From Caldithrix sp. (lineage in GTDB: Bacteria; Zhuqueibacterota; Zhuqueibacteria; Thermofontimicrobiales; Sulfurfontimicrobiaceae): 64,000 nt of DNA. The position numbers were made by a program, and so were the translations under genes. The notes under the pieces are model-generated. The model did not search any database. It had not been told where the DNA came from and saw only the letters and a list, made by a program, of their open reading frames with translations. Position 1 is the stretch's first letter. Every line of letters begins with the position of its first letter. The DNA lies in contig DYKB01000026.1 in the NCBI GenBank assembly GCA_020722815.1, positions 9,774 through 73,773 on the forward strand, read 5' to 3'. This document shows, piece by piece, positions 36,017-45,370 of this stretch.

Positions 36017-37042
36017 TTAATCGATACATAGTACCTTTGCACCGCGAATTTTTCGTTCTTTTAGTTCGATCAGGGCCTGATTGGCTTCTTCCAGGGGATA
36101 TTCCTGCACTTCGGGCGTGATGGAAATCTCAGCCGCCAGTTTAAGAAATCCCTGAACATCACTTCGGGCAACATTGGCAACACTTTTTATTTCTTTTTCC
36201 AACCATAAATGAGCCGGGTAATCGAGTTTTAAAAGGTAGTCTTTATCAATTTCTTCTTTTCGAATTGCATTAATCACCAATCGTCCGCCAGGTCGTAAAT
36301 TTTTCATGGCATCAACAACCGGTTTCCAAACTGGCGTTGTATCGATAATCGCGTGCATCGGCTCCGGAGGGGTGTCAGTTGAATCTCCGGCCCAGGTCGC
36401 ACCCAGTTCACGGGCAAACTCCCGTTCCTGTTCACTCCGGGCAAAAACGAAAATCGGTGTATCCGGATACTGGTATCGAACCATTTTTAGAACCAGATGT
36501 GCTGAAGCGCCAAACCCGGTTAAGCCAAGGTACTGACCATTTTTCAGACCAGTTAGTTTTAAGGAACGATAGCCAATGGCACCGGCACATAACAGTGGTG
36601 CTGCTTCTGAATCGGTAAACTTATCTGGAATTTTAAAAACGAAATTATGAGGCGCTGTCATTAATTCAGCATAACCGCCGAAAGCATCGCGACCGGTGGC
36701 TTTAAAATCGGGGCACAAATTTTCATTATTATTCAGACAATACTCACATTTTCCGCAAGCAGAAAAAATCCAGGCGACCCCCACTCGATCACCTAGCTGA
36801 TAAATGCTTTCAGGGGAAGTTTTGATGATATTCCCCACCACCTGATGGCCTAATATCATCGGAAAAAAGGCCGGCGGAGTCCGTCCTTCGATTTCGTCCA
36901 ATTCAGTATGGCAAACACCACAGGCAGTTACTTTTAGCAGTAGTTCCCCCGGTGCTGGAATCGGATCGGGATAAGAGACAGGGACTAATGGCTGCCGATT
37001 TTTCGCTAAATCAACAACCCGATTTAAAATCATCGCTTTCAT
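36017..37042 (-). CDS. Zinc-dependent alcohol dehydrogenase family oxidoreductase
   Basis: 341 aa. The catalytic Zn site is GVCHTELDEIEG...GHQVVG. The structural Zn cluster is CGKCEYCLNNNENLC. The Rossmann motif is GLTGFGASAHL. Confidence 0.85.
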   Translation of the reverse strand: MKAMILNRVVDLAKNRQPLVPVSYPDPIPAPGELLLKVTACGVCHTELDEIEGRTPPAFFPMILGHQVVGNIIKTSPESIYQLGDRVGVAWIFSACGKCEYCLNNNENLCPDFKATGRDAFGGYAELMTAPHNFVFKIPDKFTDSEAAPLLCAGAIGYRSLKLTGLKNGQYLGLTGFGASAHLVLKMVRYQYPDTPIFVFARSEQEREFARELGATWAGDSTDTPPEPMHAIIDTTPVWKPVVDAMKNLRPGGRLVINAIRKEEIDKDYLLKLDYPAHLWLEKEIKSVANVARSDVQGFLKLAAEISITPEVQEYPLEEANQALIELKERKIRGAKVLCID

Positions 37043-37051
37043 GATAAATCC

Positions 37052-37513
37052 TTAATAATAAACCTCAAATTTATGGCCGAACTTGTCAGGATTATCCTGA
37101 TATTTCAAAATTTGATATTGTCCGGCTAAGCCATTCACAGCAAATAAACGAAGCCAGGTCGCGATTGGCTCAAGATTCAGAATTTCTTCACGTGAAAAGA
37201 AACGGACTTGATCAATTTCCTGTCCATCGGCTGCTGGTTCCGAATCTTCAATCAAATTCATAAGATAAATAATTGAAGTATTATTCACCTGCTCGTCCAC
37301 TATATTACGCACGGCAATCAATCCAACTGCATTTACTTTTAATTTCGTCTCTTCATAAACTTCACGAATGGCGGCCTCCAGGGGCAATTCATGTGGTTCC
37401 ACGTGGCCGCCAGGCAGAATCCATTTGAAATTTCCATAATTTTGATGGACGAGCAGCAGTTTGTTGTCACGAATAATAATTCCAGCAGCACCCAATTTGA
37501 ATTTTGGTTCCAT
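37052..37513 (-). CDS. NUDIX hydrolase
   Basis: 153 aa with the Nudix box GGHVEPHELPLEAAIREVYEETKL. Confidence 0.85.
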   Translation of the reverse strand: MEPKFKLGAAGIIIRDNKLLLVHQNYGNFKWILPGGHVEPHELPLEAAIREVYEETKLKVNAVGLIAVRNIVDEQVNNTSIIYLMNLIEDSEPAADGQEIDQVRFFSREEILNLEPIATWLRLFAVNGLAGQYQILKYQDNPDKFGHKFEVYY

Positions 37514-37524
37514 AAGTTTCCATT

Positions 37525-38802
37525 TTAGGAGATAAGGGTTCTTATTTTATCAATTAGTTTTTCAACTTCAGTCTGATTGTTATACAAATGCATCGAAACT
37601 CTTATTCCATTGACATTGCCTTCCGGAACAATCCGCACCCTGTATCGATCATTTGTTAAGCTTGCTGCAAATTCACGGAAATCTTTATTTCGTACTTTAA
37701 AAGTGATCAGTGAGGTTCGATATTTTTCTTCTTCTGGTGAGAGAATTTGAATTTCAGGAATTTTTGAAAGCCCGGCAATAAATAATTCGGCAAGCATTTT
37801 ATTATGGTTCCAGATTCGGGTCACGCCGATTTTATTAGAGAAATCGATTGCAGTTCCGACTCCCGCATAAAGTGCATCGTTTTGGGTGGCGAATTCAAAA
37901 CGCTGGGCTGATGGATACGGGGTATAGATATTCTCAAGAAGATTTGATTCATTTGCAGAATAAGCACCGACATTCATCGCCGTGAGTGTATCTAATAGCG
38001 CTTGACGAACATATAAAAAGCCGGTTCGTTTTGGACCTAACATCCATTTATGACAACAGGCAGCATAAAAATCACAGTCAATTTCTTTGACGTTAATAGG
38101 CATATTTCCCGCAGTTTGTGCTCCATCAAAAGCGACCCAGAGCTTCTTTTGATGACCCAATTCAACAATTTCTTTGGCCGGGAATTGCTGGCCTGTTGTA
38201 CAGGTAAAATGACTCACAAAAATTAATCGTGTTTTCTTCGTGATGAGTTGGTCGATTCGTTCCAGATTACCCAGACCGTTCTGTAAATCCGGCTGGAATG
38301 CCTTGATAACAACGCCAGAACGTTTTGCGAGATTTAGCAACGGAATTTCAAGTCCGCTGTGTTCATGGGTACTGGTGATGATTTCATCGCCGGCTTTTAA
38401 TGGCAAACCATTCAAAATAATATTATTTCCTTCGGTTGCACTGTTTGTGCAGGCAATTTCATCCACTTTTGCACCGATTAAGTCCGCGACTTTCTTTTTG
38501 GTATTTAACCATTTCTCCATATCAATCGCCGGGGATGGTGTTATTTCACGTTGGCGCATTTCATTGTAAACGGTTTCTAATACAATTGCCGGGGAACTGC
38601 CCAGACCGCCGGTATTAAAATAGGTATAATCTTCCGGCAATAGAAATTGCTGTCGGACAAATTTCCAAAACGCTTCATCTGGAATTTGTGGAGAATCAAT
38701 CAGCTTGTCGAAAGATTCCCACGCTGAAACAGTTTCAGGTTTCCAGAGAGCGGCTAATCCGGTAAGGAGTGCTGATGTTTGTATAAAGCGTCGTCTTTGC
38801 AT
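37525..38802 (-). CDS. Class V aminotransferase-fold PLP enzyme (cysteine desulfurase / isopenicillin-N-epimerase-like) with Tat signal
   Basis: 425 aa with a twin-arginine N-terminus (MQRRRFIQTSALLTGLAALW). It has the class-V fold pattern, including CCHKWMLGPKRTGFLY (PLP lysine region). Confidence 0.75.
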   Translation of the reverse strand: MQRRRFIQTSALLTGLAALWKPETVSAWESFDKLIDSPQIPDEAFWKFVRQQFLLPEDYTYFNTGGLGSSPAIVLETVYNEMRQREITPSPAIDMEKWLNTKKKVADLIGAKVDEIACTNSATEGNNIILNGLPLKAGDEIITSTHEHSGLEIPLLNLAKRSGVVIKAFQPDLQNGLGNLERIDQLITKKTRLIFVSHFTCTTGQQFPAKEIVELGHQKKLWVAFDGAQTAGNMPINVKEIDCDFYAACCHKWMLGPKRTGFLYVRQALLDTLTAMNVGAYSANESNLLENIYTPYPSAQRFEFATQNDALYAGVGTAIDFSNKIGVTRIWNHNKMLAELFIAGLSKIPEIQILSPEEEKYRTSLITFKVRNKDFREFAASLTNDRYRVRIVPEGNVNGIRVSMHLYNNQTEVEKLIDKIRTLIS

Positions 38803-39163
38803 TTTTGCTCCCTTCTATGATATTTTAAACAAAAGTTTTTTTTTTCAAAATGTTGACATATCATCCAAACCTTTAGCTTTTAGGTCTATTCACTAAAAAA
38901 TATAAATTTAACTGCCATACTGCAAGTTACTAAATCATTTTCTTCGCTTCTTAAACAGTGATTGAGTAAGTACCAGAGGTTGGATAGTCTCAAATAGATT
39001 GATGATTAAAAATAAGAAATATTCAATCTGGCCTCGTGTTGCCCGTTAGGTGGAATTGATTCGCATGAAGTTTAAAAAAAATTTTAACTGTGGATTAGAC
39101 ATGAATTCATAATATTTCAATTGACAGGTTTCGGAAAAATAGCATTATTGAAGTGACAGATAA

Positions 39164-40144
39164 TTATTCGCTTGAAGTACTTTGCTGCATTTGTTGTAGC
39201 GCTTTCCGTTGTGCTTCTTTGTATTCCGTCATCAGGTTATTGAATGAAGGATCCTCATTATATTTATCATCCAAATCAATTTCTCTTCCAATTTGTGATT
39301 CAATTTTATGCTCTTTATCAAATTGTAAAGTGAGAATATTGAGCGTTTGTCCCCTGTTTTTACCCTGAACAATACATGCAGAATCAATAATCAACGGGCT
39401 GGTCCGGACAGCATAGCCATGACCGGCAATAATCAAATCAATTCCAGGTACCAACCGGGCCAATTCTTTGCCGTTATTGAATCCGACATGTGCCAGTACG
39501 ACGATAACATTACATTTTTTATTCTTAAGTTCAGCCACAAATTTTTTTGCGGCTTCAAAAGGATCCGTGGCGATTAATTTCGGGCGACCTTCTATATAAG
39601 TCATTAAATTATCACCAGCATTCATCAATCCTAAAATTCCAACTTTGAAATCCCGATTACCAACTTTAACTTTTTTAATAAGATATGGCTCAAAAAGCGG
39701 CTTTTGGGAATTTTCATAAATTAAATTCGCTGAAATAAAAGGAACATTATATTTCTTTTTCATTTCGAGCAAAAACTTGTCGCCAAAATACAGGTCTTTT
39801 TCACCAATATTAATGGCGTCATACTGCAATTGCATCATGCCACGCAATAAATATTCTGATTTTAATTGATAAAAAGACCCACCACCGCCAGTAAAATCAC
39901 CCGCATCGACCTGGATAAAAGATTGTAAAGATAGTTTAGTTTGTGCTTGTTTAATTGCTGTCGCCCGCCGGGCCAGCCCACCTGATCGGTTGCTTCCTCA
40001 GCCACAGGGTTCCAGATAGCCATTGATATCATTTGTATAAAAAACTGACAACTCTGGAACAGGATTTTCTGCCCGGAGTGGTTGAATAAATAAATTTGTC
40101 AGTAATAAAAGACCGAGAAGTGCGTTAAAAATCCGATGAATCAT
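39164..40144 (-). pseudogene. 5'-nucleotidase/metallophosphoesterase-like secreted protein interrupted by one in-frame TGA (codon 49). Either a nonsense pseudogene or, less likely, a Sec codon
   Basis: ATG 40144..40142 opens MIHRIFNALLGLLLLTNLFIQPLRAENPVPELSVFYTNDINGYLEPCG-TGA(40000..39998)-GSNRSGGLARRATAIKQ...VDAGDFTGGGG...LRGMMQLQYDAINIGEKDL... This is contiguous and in frame with track ORF 39164..39847. Later motifs VLAHVG and IIAGHGY fit the family. Confidence 0.6.
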
Positions 40145-40195
40145 AGTATCCTCTATTTAATCCAATTCCTTTTTTATAATAGCGTCAAATTAAAT

Positions 40196-41878
40196 TTAAA
40201 AATTTTCCGGTGGTATTGGTGTTGTATCGTAATGAACCCGGGAAATATAACCTCGCCCTGTTTCATCAACAAAAAATTCGATACTTCCTTTTACGACTAT
40301 ATCATTTGAAAAGTTCAATTGATTGCGAATCCGTCTGGTACCCCAGAAGACCTCATCGCAGGAATTGAGTCGGTAGCCATCATGAAATTTCCGAATTTCG
40401 ACATTTTTTATTAAAAAGGTCGGCGTCGTATTCCCCTCGCCAAATGGTGCCATTTTTGAAATCGATTTGAATAAATCTTCATTAATCTCTGATAGCAAAA
40501 ATTCAATTTCCGCTCTTGACGCTCTCGGGTTTTCGATATTTTGCGGCGTTTGATTGGCAACTTGAGTTAACTTGGCAATGACATGATCCAGATTTTCTGG
40601 TTCCAATGAAAATCCAGCCGCACATTTATGTCCGCCATAGTCGATAAAAAATTCTTCACACGAGCGGAAACATTCCATTAAATCAAAGCCTCTAGGGGCT
40701 CGGGCTTCACCAACGATACGGTCATCTTTAATACCTAACATAATAACCGGTCGTTTTAGCAAATCTTTAAGTTTGGAAGCACAATAGCTAAGTACATCCA
40801 CCTCGGTTTCGCGATCATCGATCAATAATAGTTCAGAATCCTGAGCAAAATTCAAATTGGATTTAATTTTGTCTAGTGCGGCCCGGGCGCGTGAAAGCCA
40901 ATCCTGACTGGCATTATAAAGGGTTAAAACCCATTCACGAGCTTTGTTTGCATCTTTTGTTAAAAGAAGTTCACAACTAATATTTCGGCCTTCTACTGAT
41001 TCTCCGGCAGAAAGAAGCGGAATAAATAATGAAAGAACCGTTCCCATGTTAACTGGCTTTGAAATGGTATGATAATTTTCGAGAATCGCCATGATACCTG
41101 GATTCATTGACTTTTGCAGCGCTTCAAATCCATATTTGACAAAAATCCGATTTTCGCCAATCAAAGGAACCCGATCCCCAATTGTACCCAATAAGACAAA
41201 AGTTAATAGCTGTTCCTGGACACCATACCATTGTTGAGCTGAAATGCCCATGGTCCGCATCGAAATCGCCTGACTTAATTTATAGGCAATTCCTGCACCA
41301 GATAATTTCTTAAACGGATATGGGCAAGCAATTTGTTTGGGATTTATAACCGCAAAGGCTTTAGGAATTTCAGAAAGGACTTCATGATGGTCAGAAATAA
41401 TAACATCGATGCCTAATTCAGTTGCATATTGTACCTGCGTGAAGTTGGTTGTACCACAATCCACCGTGACAATAAGCGAGAAACCGTTTTGATGTGCCCA
41501 ATCAATAAAACGAGGTCGTAACCCGATGCCATCCTTCGCTTTATTCGGAATAATATAATCGACCGATGCTCCTAAATTTTTCAGGGTTTGCACCAGGATG
41601 ACAGTACTACTAATTCCATCAACGTCCTCGTCCCCATAAACTAAAACTTTCTCGCCACGCAGAATCGCCTGATTAATTCTCTCCGCCGCGGCTGTCATAT
41701 CTTTTAATAAAAATGGATCGAACAATGCTGATAAATCGGGTTCTAGAAATAATTTTGCTTCATCAGTATCTTTTAAACCTCGATTTAAGAGCAATAATGA
41801 CATCATTGGCGTTATATTTAAAGCGGATTTTAATTTTTCAAGCAATTCATAGTCAATCTCAGTCGTTAAAAAGTTCAT
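40196..41878 (-). CDS. recJ: Single-stranded-DNA-specific exonuclease RecJ
   Basis: 560 aa with DHH-family motifs (VLVYGDEDVDGISS, VTVDCGT, ISDHHE). The DHHA1 motif is GGHKCAAGFS. Confidence 0.9.
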   Translation of the reverse strand: MNFLTTEIDYELLEKLKSALNITPMMSLLLLNRGLKDTDEAKLFLEPDLSALFDPFLLKDMTAAAERINQAILRGEKVLVYGDEDVDGISSTVILVQTLKNLGASVDYIIPNKAKDGIGLRPRFIDWAHQNGFSLIVTVDCGTTNFTQVQYATELGIDVIISDHHEVLSEIPKAFAVINPKQIACPYPFKKLSGAGIAYKLSQAISMRTMGISAQQWYGVQEQLLTFVLLGTIGDRVPLIGENRIFVKYGFEALQKSMNPGIMAILENYHTISKPVNMGTVLSLFIPLLSAGESVEGRNISCELLLTKDANKAREWVLTLYNASQDWLSRARAALDKIKSNLNFAQDSELLLIDDRETEVDVLSYCASKLKDLLKRPVIMLGIKDDRIVGEARAPRGFDLMECFRSCEEFFIDYGGHKCAAGFSLEPENLDHVIAKLTQVANQTPQNIENPRASRAEIEFLLSEINEDLFKSISKMAPFGEGNTTPTFLIKNVEIRKFHDGYRLNSCDEVFWGTRRIRNQLNFSNDIVVKGSIEFFVDETGRGYISRVHYDTTPIPPENF

Positions 41879-42380
41879 ATCCCATTTAGTTTTATTTCAA
41901 AATTTTGGTGATTTATATCAAGAACAACTGGCATACCGGATCATAAACAATACACTATCGTCATCTCTTCCCACGAAAGGAAGTCCCGGACTATACCTTG
42001 CCAGAATTTTTAGATGCCGAGCATCTATTATATACCTGCAAGAACTATGTTTAACGAAAATAAATTTAAAATGCAAGGGAAAAAATGAATAACAATCAAA
42101 CAAATGACCCTAAAAAAACTGTTATTTTATAAAGTGAGACTGTGCCATTCTGATATTTATCAAGGACTCACTTTAAATTTTACATCTGTTTCATTTTATT
42201 TTACTCCAGAAATTAAAATTCGATCAAATTTTAAATTAATGGTCTTTCTAATTTTATGATATTTAATTTTACTGTATTTAATCTCCAGAACGATAAGGCC
42301 TTGATGCAATTTGCTTCCGAAGACGGTGAAAGTATGTTATCATTCAAAGCCATAATTTTCATATTGCGGTGAAAAAGTTC

Positions 42381-42409
42381 TTGACATTTTTTTTAAAATT
42401 CATTATACT
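42381..42409 (+). promoter_or_regulatory. Sigma-70-type promoter of the TPR gene
   Basis: TTGACA (42381-42386), a 17-nt spacer, then TATACT (42404-42409). The palindrome actacaagtgtagt (42407-42420) overlaps the -10 element and the start region. Confidence 0.55.
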
Positions 42410-42502
42410 ACAAGTGTAGTATAAATTCTATTCTTTTAGTAGAACTTGCATTTTTTATCTGTTTGCTGTCAAATTTGGTTGACGAATTTGAATGAGGCTA
42501 TT

Positions 42503-43789
42503 ATGAATCTAAAAAATACCAGTTTGTTTTCTTTACTGACATTTTTTATTTTATTACTAAATTTTTCGCTGATCGCACAATCGGTTGAACAGTCATCATT
42601 TTTTCAATATTATCTGCAAAATGAATATGATAGTGCACTTGTCTACCTCAACAAAATTGAAAATCAGTTCACAATTTCTGGTGAGGCGAAGTTTTATGCC
42701 GGTAAAATTTACTTTGCACTGGCGCGATATGAGAAGACGATATCAATAATAAAGCCGGCTTTAACCAATACCCCGTTCGATCTGCATTTAAATTATCTTC
42801 TCGGGCAGGCATACGAAAATCAGGAGCAGGATTCTCTTGCTATTGAAGCGTACCACAATGCCCTGAAATGGAAATCGGACTATTCTCCAGCACGATTGAG
42901 ATTGGCAGCCTTGTATTCAAGTCTGGGTAACCATTCCAAAGCAATTGATGTCATTCATGGTCTCATCGCCTACGATTCAACCAATGTTCCGGGTTTATTG
43001 CAGATGGCGCGGGATTACAGTCGGACCAATCAGCCGGATTCAGCCCTTTTATATCTGAATCAAGCCGCCCATTACGATTCAACCAATTTTGAAGTCAGCT
43101 TTGAAATCGGTACTGTACTAGTAAAAAAAGAGGATTTTTCTGCGGCGTTAAAATCTTTTTTAAAGTTACAGTTACAAAATGCACCGCATGATGGCGTTTA
43201 CTACTATCTTGGCGAATGTTATGCAAAATTAAAACAAATTGATAAGGCGATTGATTCGTATCAAAAAGGTGAAAAAATAAAGGGGCGATACTTTAAAAGA
43301 TGTCTCAAGCGATTGGTGAAGCATTACTATGATACCAAAGCCTATACAAAATGTATTGCAGCCGCCAAAAATTTACTGAATGGCAATGAAACGGAAGCGG
43401 AAGTATTTTTTTATGAGGGGGCAGCATTGAGTGCATTAAAGCAATTCGATCCGGCAGACAGCACTTTTTCCCTTGCATGAGAAGCAGGAAATTTAAAATT
43501 CATTAAACTTGTTTTGCATTTTCAGGGCTTGAACGCCTATCATGATAATGAATTTACCAAAGCGATAAATCTCTATCGAAAAATTATAACCATCGATCCG
43601 GCTTATAAAGACGCCTATTATAACATGGCGCTGGTTTATGATAAATACTATCGGGATAAAAGATTTGCGCTTGATTGGTATAACCGATTTTTGTCAATGG
43701 CAGATAGCACCGAAGATCAAGTGCTGATAGATATGGCAGAGAAAAGGATCGAAAATATAAAAGAAGCTGAATTTTTCAAAAAGAAATAA
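42503..43789 (+). pseudogene. Secreted TPR-repeat protein interrupted by a single in-frame TGA (43478-43480)
   Basis: Track ORFs 42446..43480 and 43514..43789 are in the same frame (offset 1068 nt). Only one stop separates them: ...PADSTFSLA-TGA-EAGNLKFIKLVLHFQGLNAYHDNEFTKAINLYRKIITIDPAYKDAYYNMALVY. TPR repeats continue across the stop. The likely start is ATG 42503 (MNLKNTSLFSLLTFFILLLNFSLIAQ), preceded by GAGG. Confidence 0.6.
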
Positions 43790-43803
43790 GTTTATCGCTG
43801 ACA

Positions 43804-43959
43804 GAAATTGGTAACTGTTCACAGGTGTGATAAAATAAAAGCTTCTGTCATGCCCGAATGCTTTTATCGGGCATCGATTTGTCTAAAAAAGTATGGATTC
43901 CCGCCAAAAACATGCGGGAATGACAGATTCAATCCACCCTGTGAACGGTTACGGAAATT
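43804..43959. repeat. MITE-like nested palindrome (family I) flanked by a GAAATT(G) direct repeat
   Basis: The terminal inverted repeats gtaactgttcacagg (43811-43825) and cctgtgaacggttac (43938-43952) match 14/15. The inner arms are tctgtcat and atgacaga. They enclose two small hairpins, gcccgaatgcttttatcgggc and tcccgccaaaaacatgcggga. The flanks are gaaattg (43804-43810) and ggaaattg (43953-43960). Track ORF 43808..43993 is a translation of this repeat. Confidence 0.75.
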
Positions 43960-44044
43960 GTGTTGTAATTATTGTGCTTGTTATTCAATATAGCCTGATA
44001 AAATACTATTACAAACTAATCCCGAAAGCGCAAATAAAAAAATC

Positions 44045-44073
44045 TTGACTTTAAAAAATTTAATTAGTATATT
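44045..44073 (+). promoter_or_regulatory. Sigma-70-type promoter of tRNA-Val
   Basis: TTGACT (44045-44050), a 17-nt spacer, then TATATT (44068-44073). It lies 16 nt upstream of the tRNA 5' end. Confidence 0.6.
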
Positions 44074-44089
44074 TATGCGACTAAATTAA

Positions 44090-44163
44090 GGGCGATTAGC
44101 TCAGTTGGTTAGAGTGCCGGTCTCACATACCGGAGGTCACTGGTTCGATTCCAGTATCGCCCA
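44090..44163 (+). tRNA. tRNA-Val (anticodon CAC)
   Basis: Cloverleaf folded by hand. The acceptor stem is GGGCGAT/ATCGCCC and the D arm is GCTC/GAGT. The anticodon stem is CCGGT/ACCGG with loop CT-CAC-AT. The T arm is ACTGG-TTCGATT-CCAGT and the discriminator is A. No CCA is encoded. Confidence 0.9.
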
Positions 44164-44168
44164 TTGAT

Positions 44169-44207
44169 AAACGCAATCAGTTTTAATGGTTGCGTTTTTT
44201 TATTTTT
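44169..44207 (+). terminator. Rho-independent terminator after tRNA-Val
   Basis: The stem is aaacgcaa (44169-44176) with ttgcgttt (44190-44197). It runs into tttttttatttttgg. Confidence 0.7.
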
Positions 44208-44281
44208 GGCCCATCAATGGACCGCAGATTGTACAGATTCGTGCTGATTTTGTTTTTTTCCATTCTGTGAAATCTGCGGTA

Positions 44282-45370
44282 TTAAAACTCGGACGATTTG
44301 TTAAAAATCTTCTCAAACGCCGCAATCACTGTTCGATTTTCTTCAGGGGTGCCCACCGAAATGCGCAGTTTATCTGCCAATAAAGGATGATTATGCGATA
44401 CATTCCGAACCAGAATTCCTTCTTCGCCCAGTAATTTTTGAAAAAGCTCATCCGGAGGAATCGGTGTCTGAACTAAAAAGAAATTCGCCTGTGTCGGAAA
44501 AACTTTAATTTGAGTGACTTGTGAAAGTGCGTGCATTAACTGATCTCTTTCAGCGAGAATCATCCGTGTCCGTTCACTCACCAGATTTGAATTATCTAAC
44601 AATGTCATGGCGGTCAATTCGGTAAACAGATTTAAATTGTATGGCAATTTGGCCTTATAAACCTCCTGTACGATTTCTGGTTGTGCAATTAAGTACCCTA
44701 ATCGTAATCCGGCCAAACCAAAAGCTTTGGAGAAGGTGCGGGTAACGATCAAATGTGGATATTTTTCTAAAAGTGGCAAAGCCGTCTCCTGATGAAAATC
44801 GAAATATGCCTCGTCGATGACCACGATTCCCTGGGCTACCACAAGAATGGCTTCAATTTCTTCCAGCGTCAGCATACTTCCGGTAGGGTTATTGGGTGTA
44901 CAATAAATTTGCAGGGCAATTTTATTGGCCTGATTTAATTCTATCAGGTCATTGACCGGATATTGAAAATTGTCATTCATATCGATCTGAATTAAATTTG
45001 CGCCGAAAATCCGACCCATTTGTGCATAAAGTTGAAATGTTGGTTGAACAATTAAAAATGTGCTTTGCGAATCCAGAATAACCGAACAAATTATTTGAAT
45101 CAACTCGTTCGAGCCATTTCCCACCAAAATCATATCCGAACTAACGCTTTCCTTATCAGCGATTTTACGTCGCAACTGTTCCGTCGTAAATGATGGATAT
45201 CGATTCCAGGCACGACTTAAAAATTTCGCCTGTATTTCCTGTTTTAAATCTTCTGGTAAATCGAATGGACATTCATTTTGATTGATTTTTATCTGATATC
45301 TATTTTCAGCCATCGAGTAGGGAGTAATTTCCCGCACCGATTTCCGGATTGATTCCAATCCTTTATTCAT
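44282..45370 (-). CDS. hisC: Histidinol-phosphate aminotransferase
   Basis: 362 aa with a class-II aminotransferase pattern (NPNNPTGS-like CTPNNPTGS, and the PLP lysine in RTFSKAFGLAGLRLGY). It is the last gene of the hisG-hisD-hisC row and overlaps hisD by 8 nt. Confidence 0.85.
   Translation of the reverse strand: MNKGLESIRKSVREITPYSMAENRYQIKINQNECPFDLPEDLKQEIQAKFLSRAWNRYPSFTTEQLRRKIADKESVSSDMILVGNGSNELIQIICSVILDSQSTFLIVQPTFQLYAQMGRIFGANLIQIDMNDNFQYPVNDLIELNQANKIALQIYCTPNNPTGSMLTLEEIEAILVVAQGIVVIDEAYFDFHQETALPLLEKYPHLIVTRTFSKAFGLAGLRLGYLIAQPEIVQEVYKAKLPYNLNLFTELTAMTLLDNSNLVSERTRMILAERDQLMHALSQVTQIKVFPTQANFFLVQTPIPPDELFQKLLGEEGILVRNVSHNHPLLADKLRISVGTPEENRTVIAAFEKIFNKSSEF

Noticed and set aside
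39930-40000. Calling the stem-loop after the metallophosphoesterase TGA a SECIS element outright
   Set aside because: The hairpin is short (4+4 bp with a bulge and a 3-nt loop) and lies within a conserved, GC-rich coding motif. No Sec machinery is visible in the window. It is kept only as a hypothesis in the findings.
41918-42103. Track ORF 41918..42103(-), and the motif gaaaggaagtcccgg (about 41975-41990) as a possible RNase P RNA core
   Set aside because: The ORF has no RBS and an implausible composition. The motif only superficially resembles GAGGAAAGUCCGGGC, and the surrounding AT-rich sequence lacks the other conserved RNase P helices.
43808-43993. Track ORF 43808..43993(+), a Cys-rich 61-aa peptide
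   Set aside because: It is a translation of the MITE-like palindrome (MPECFYRASI...FPPKTCGNDR strings come from the two inner hairpins). There is no RBS.
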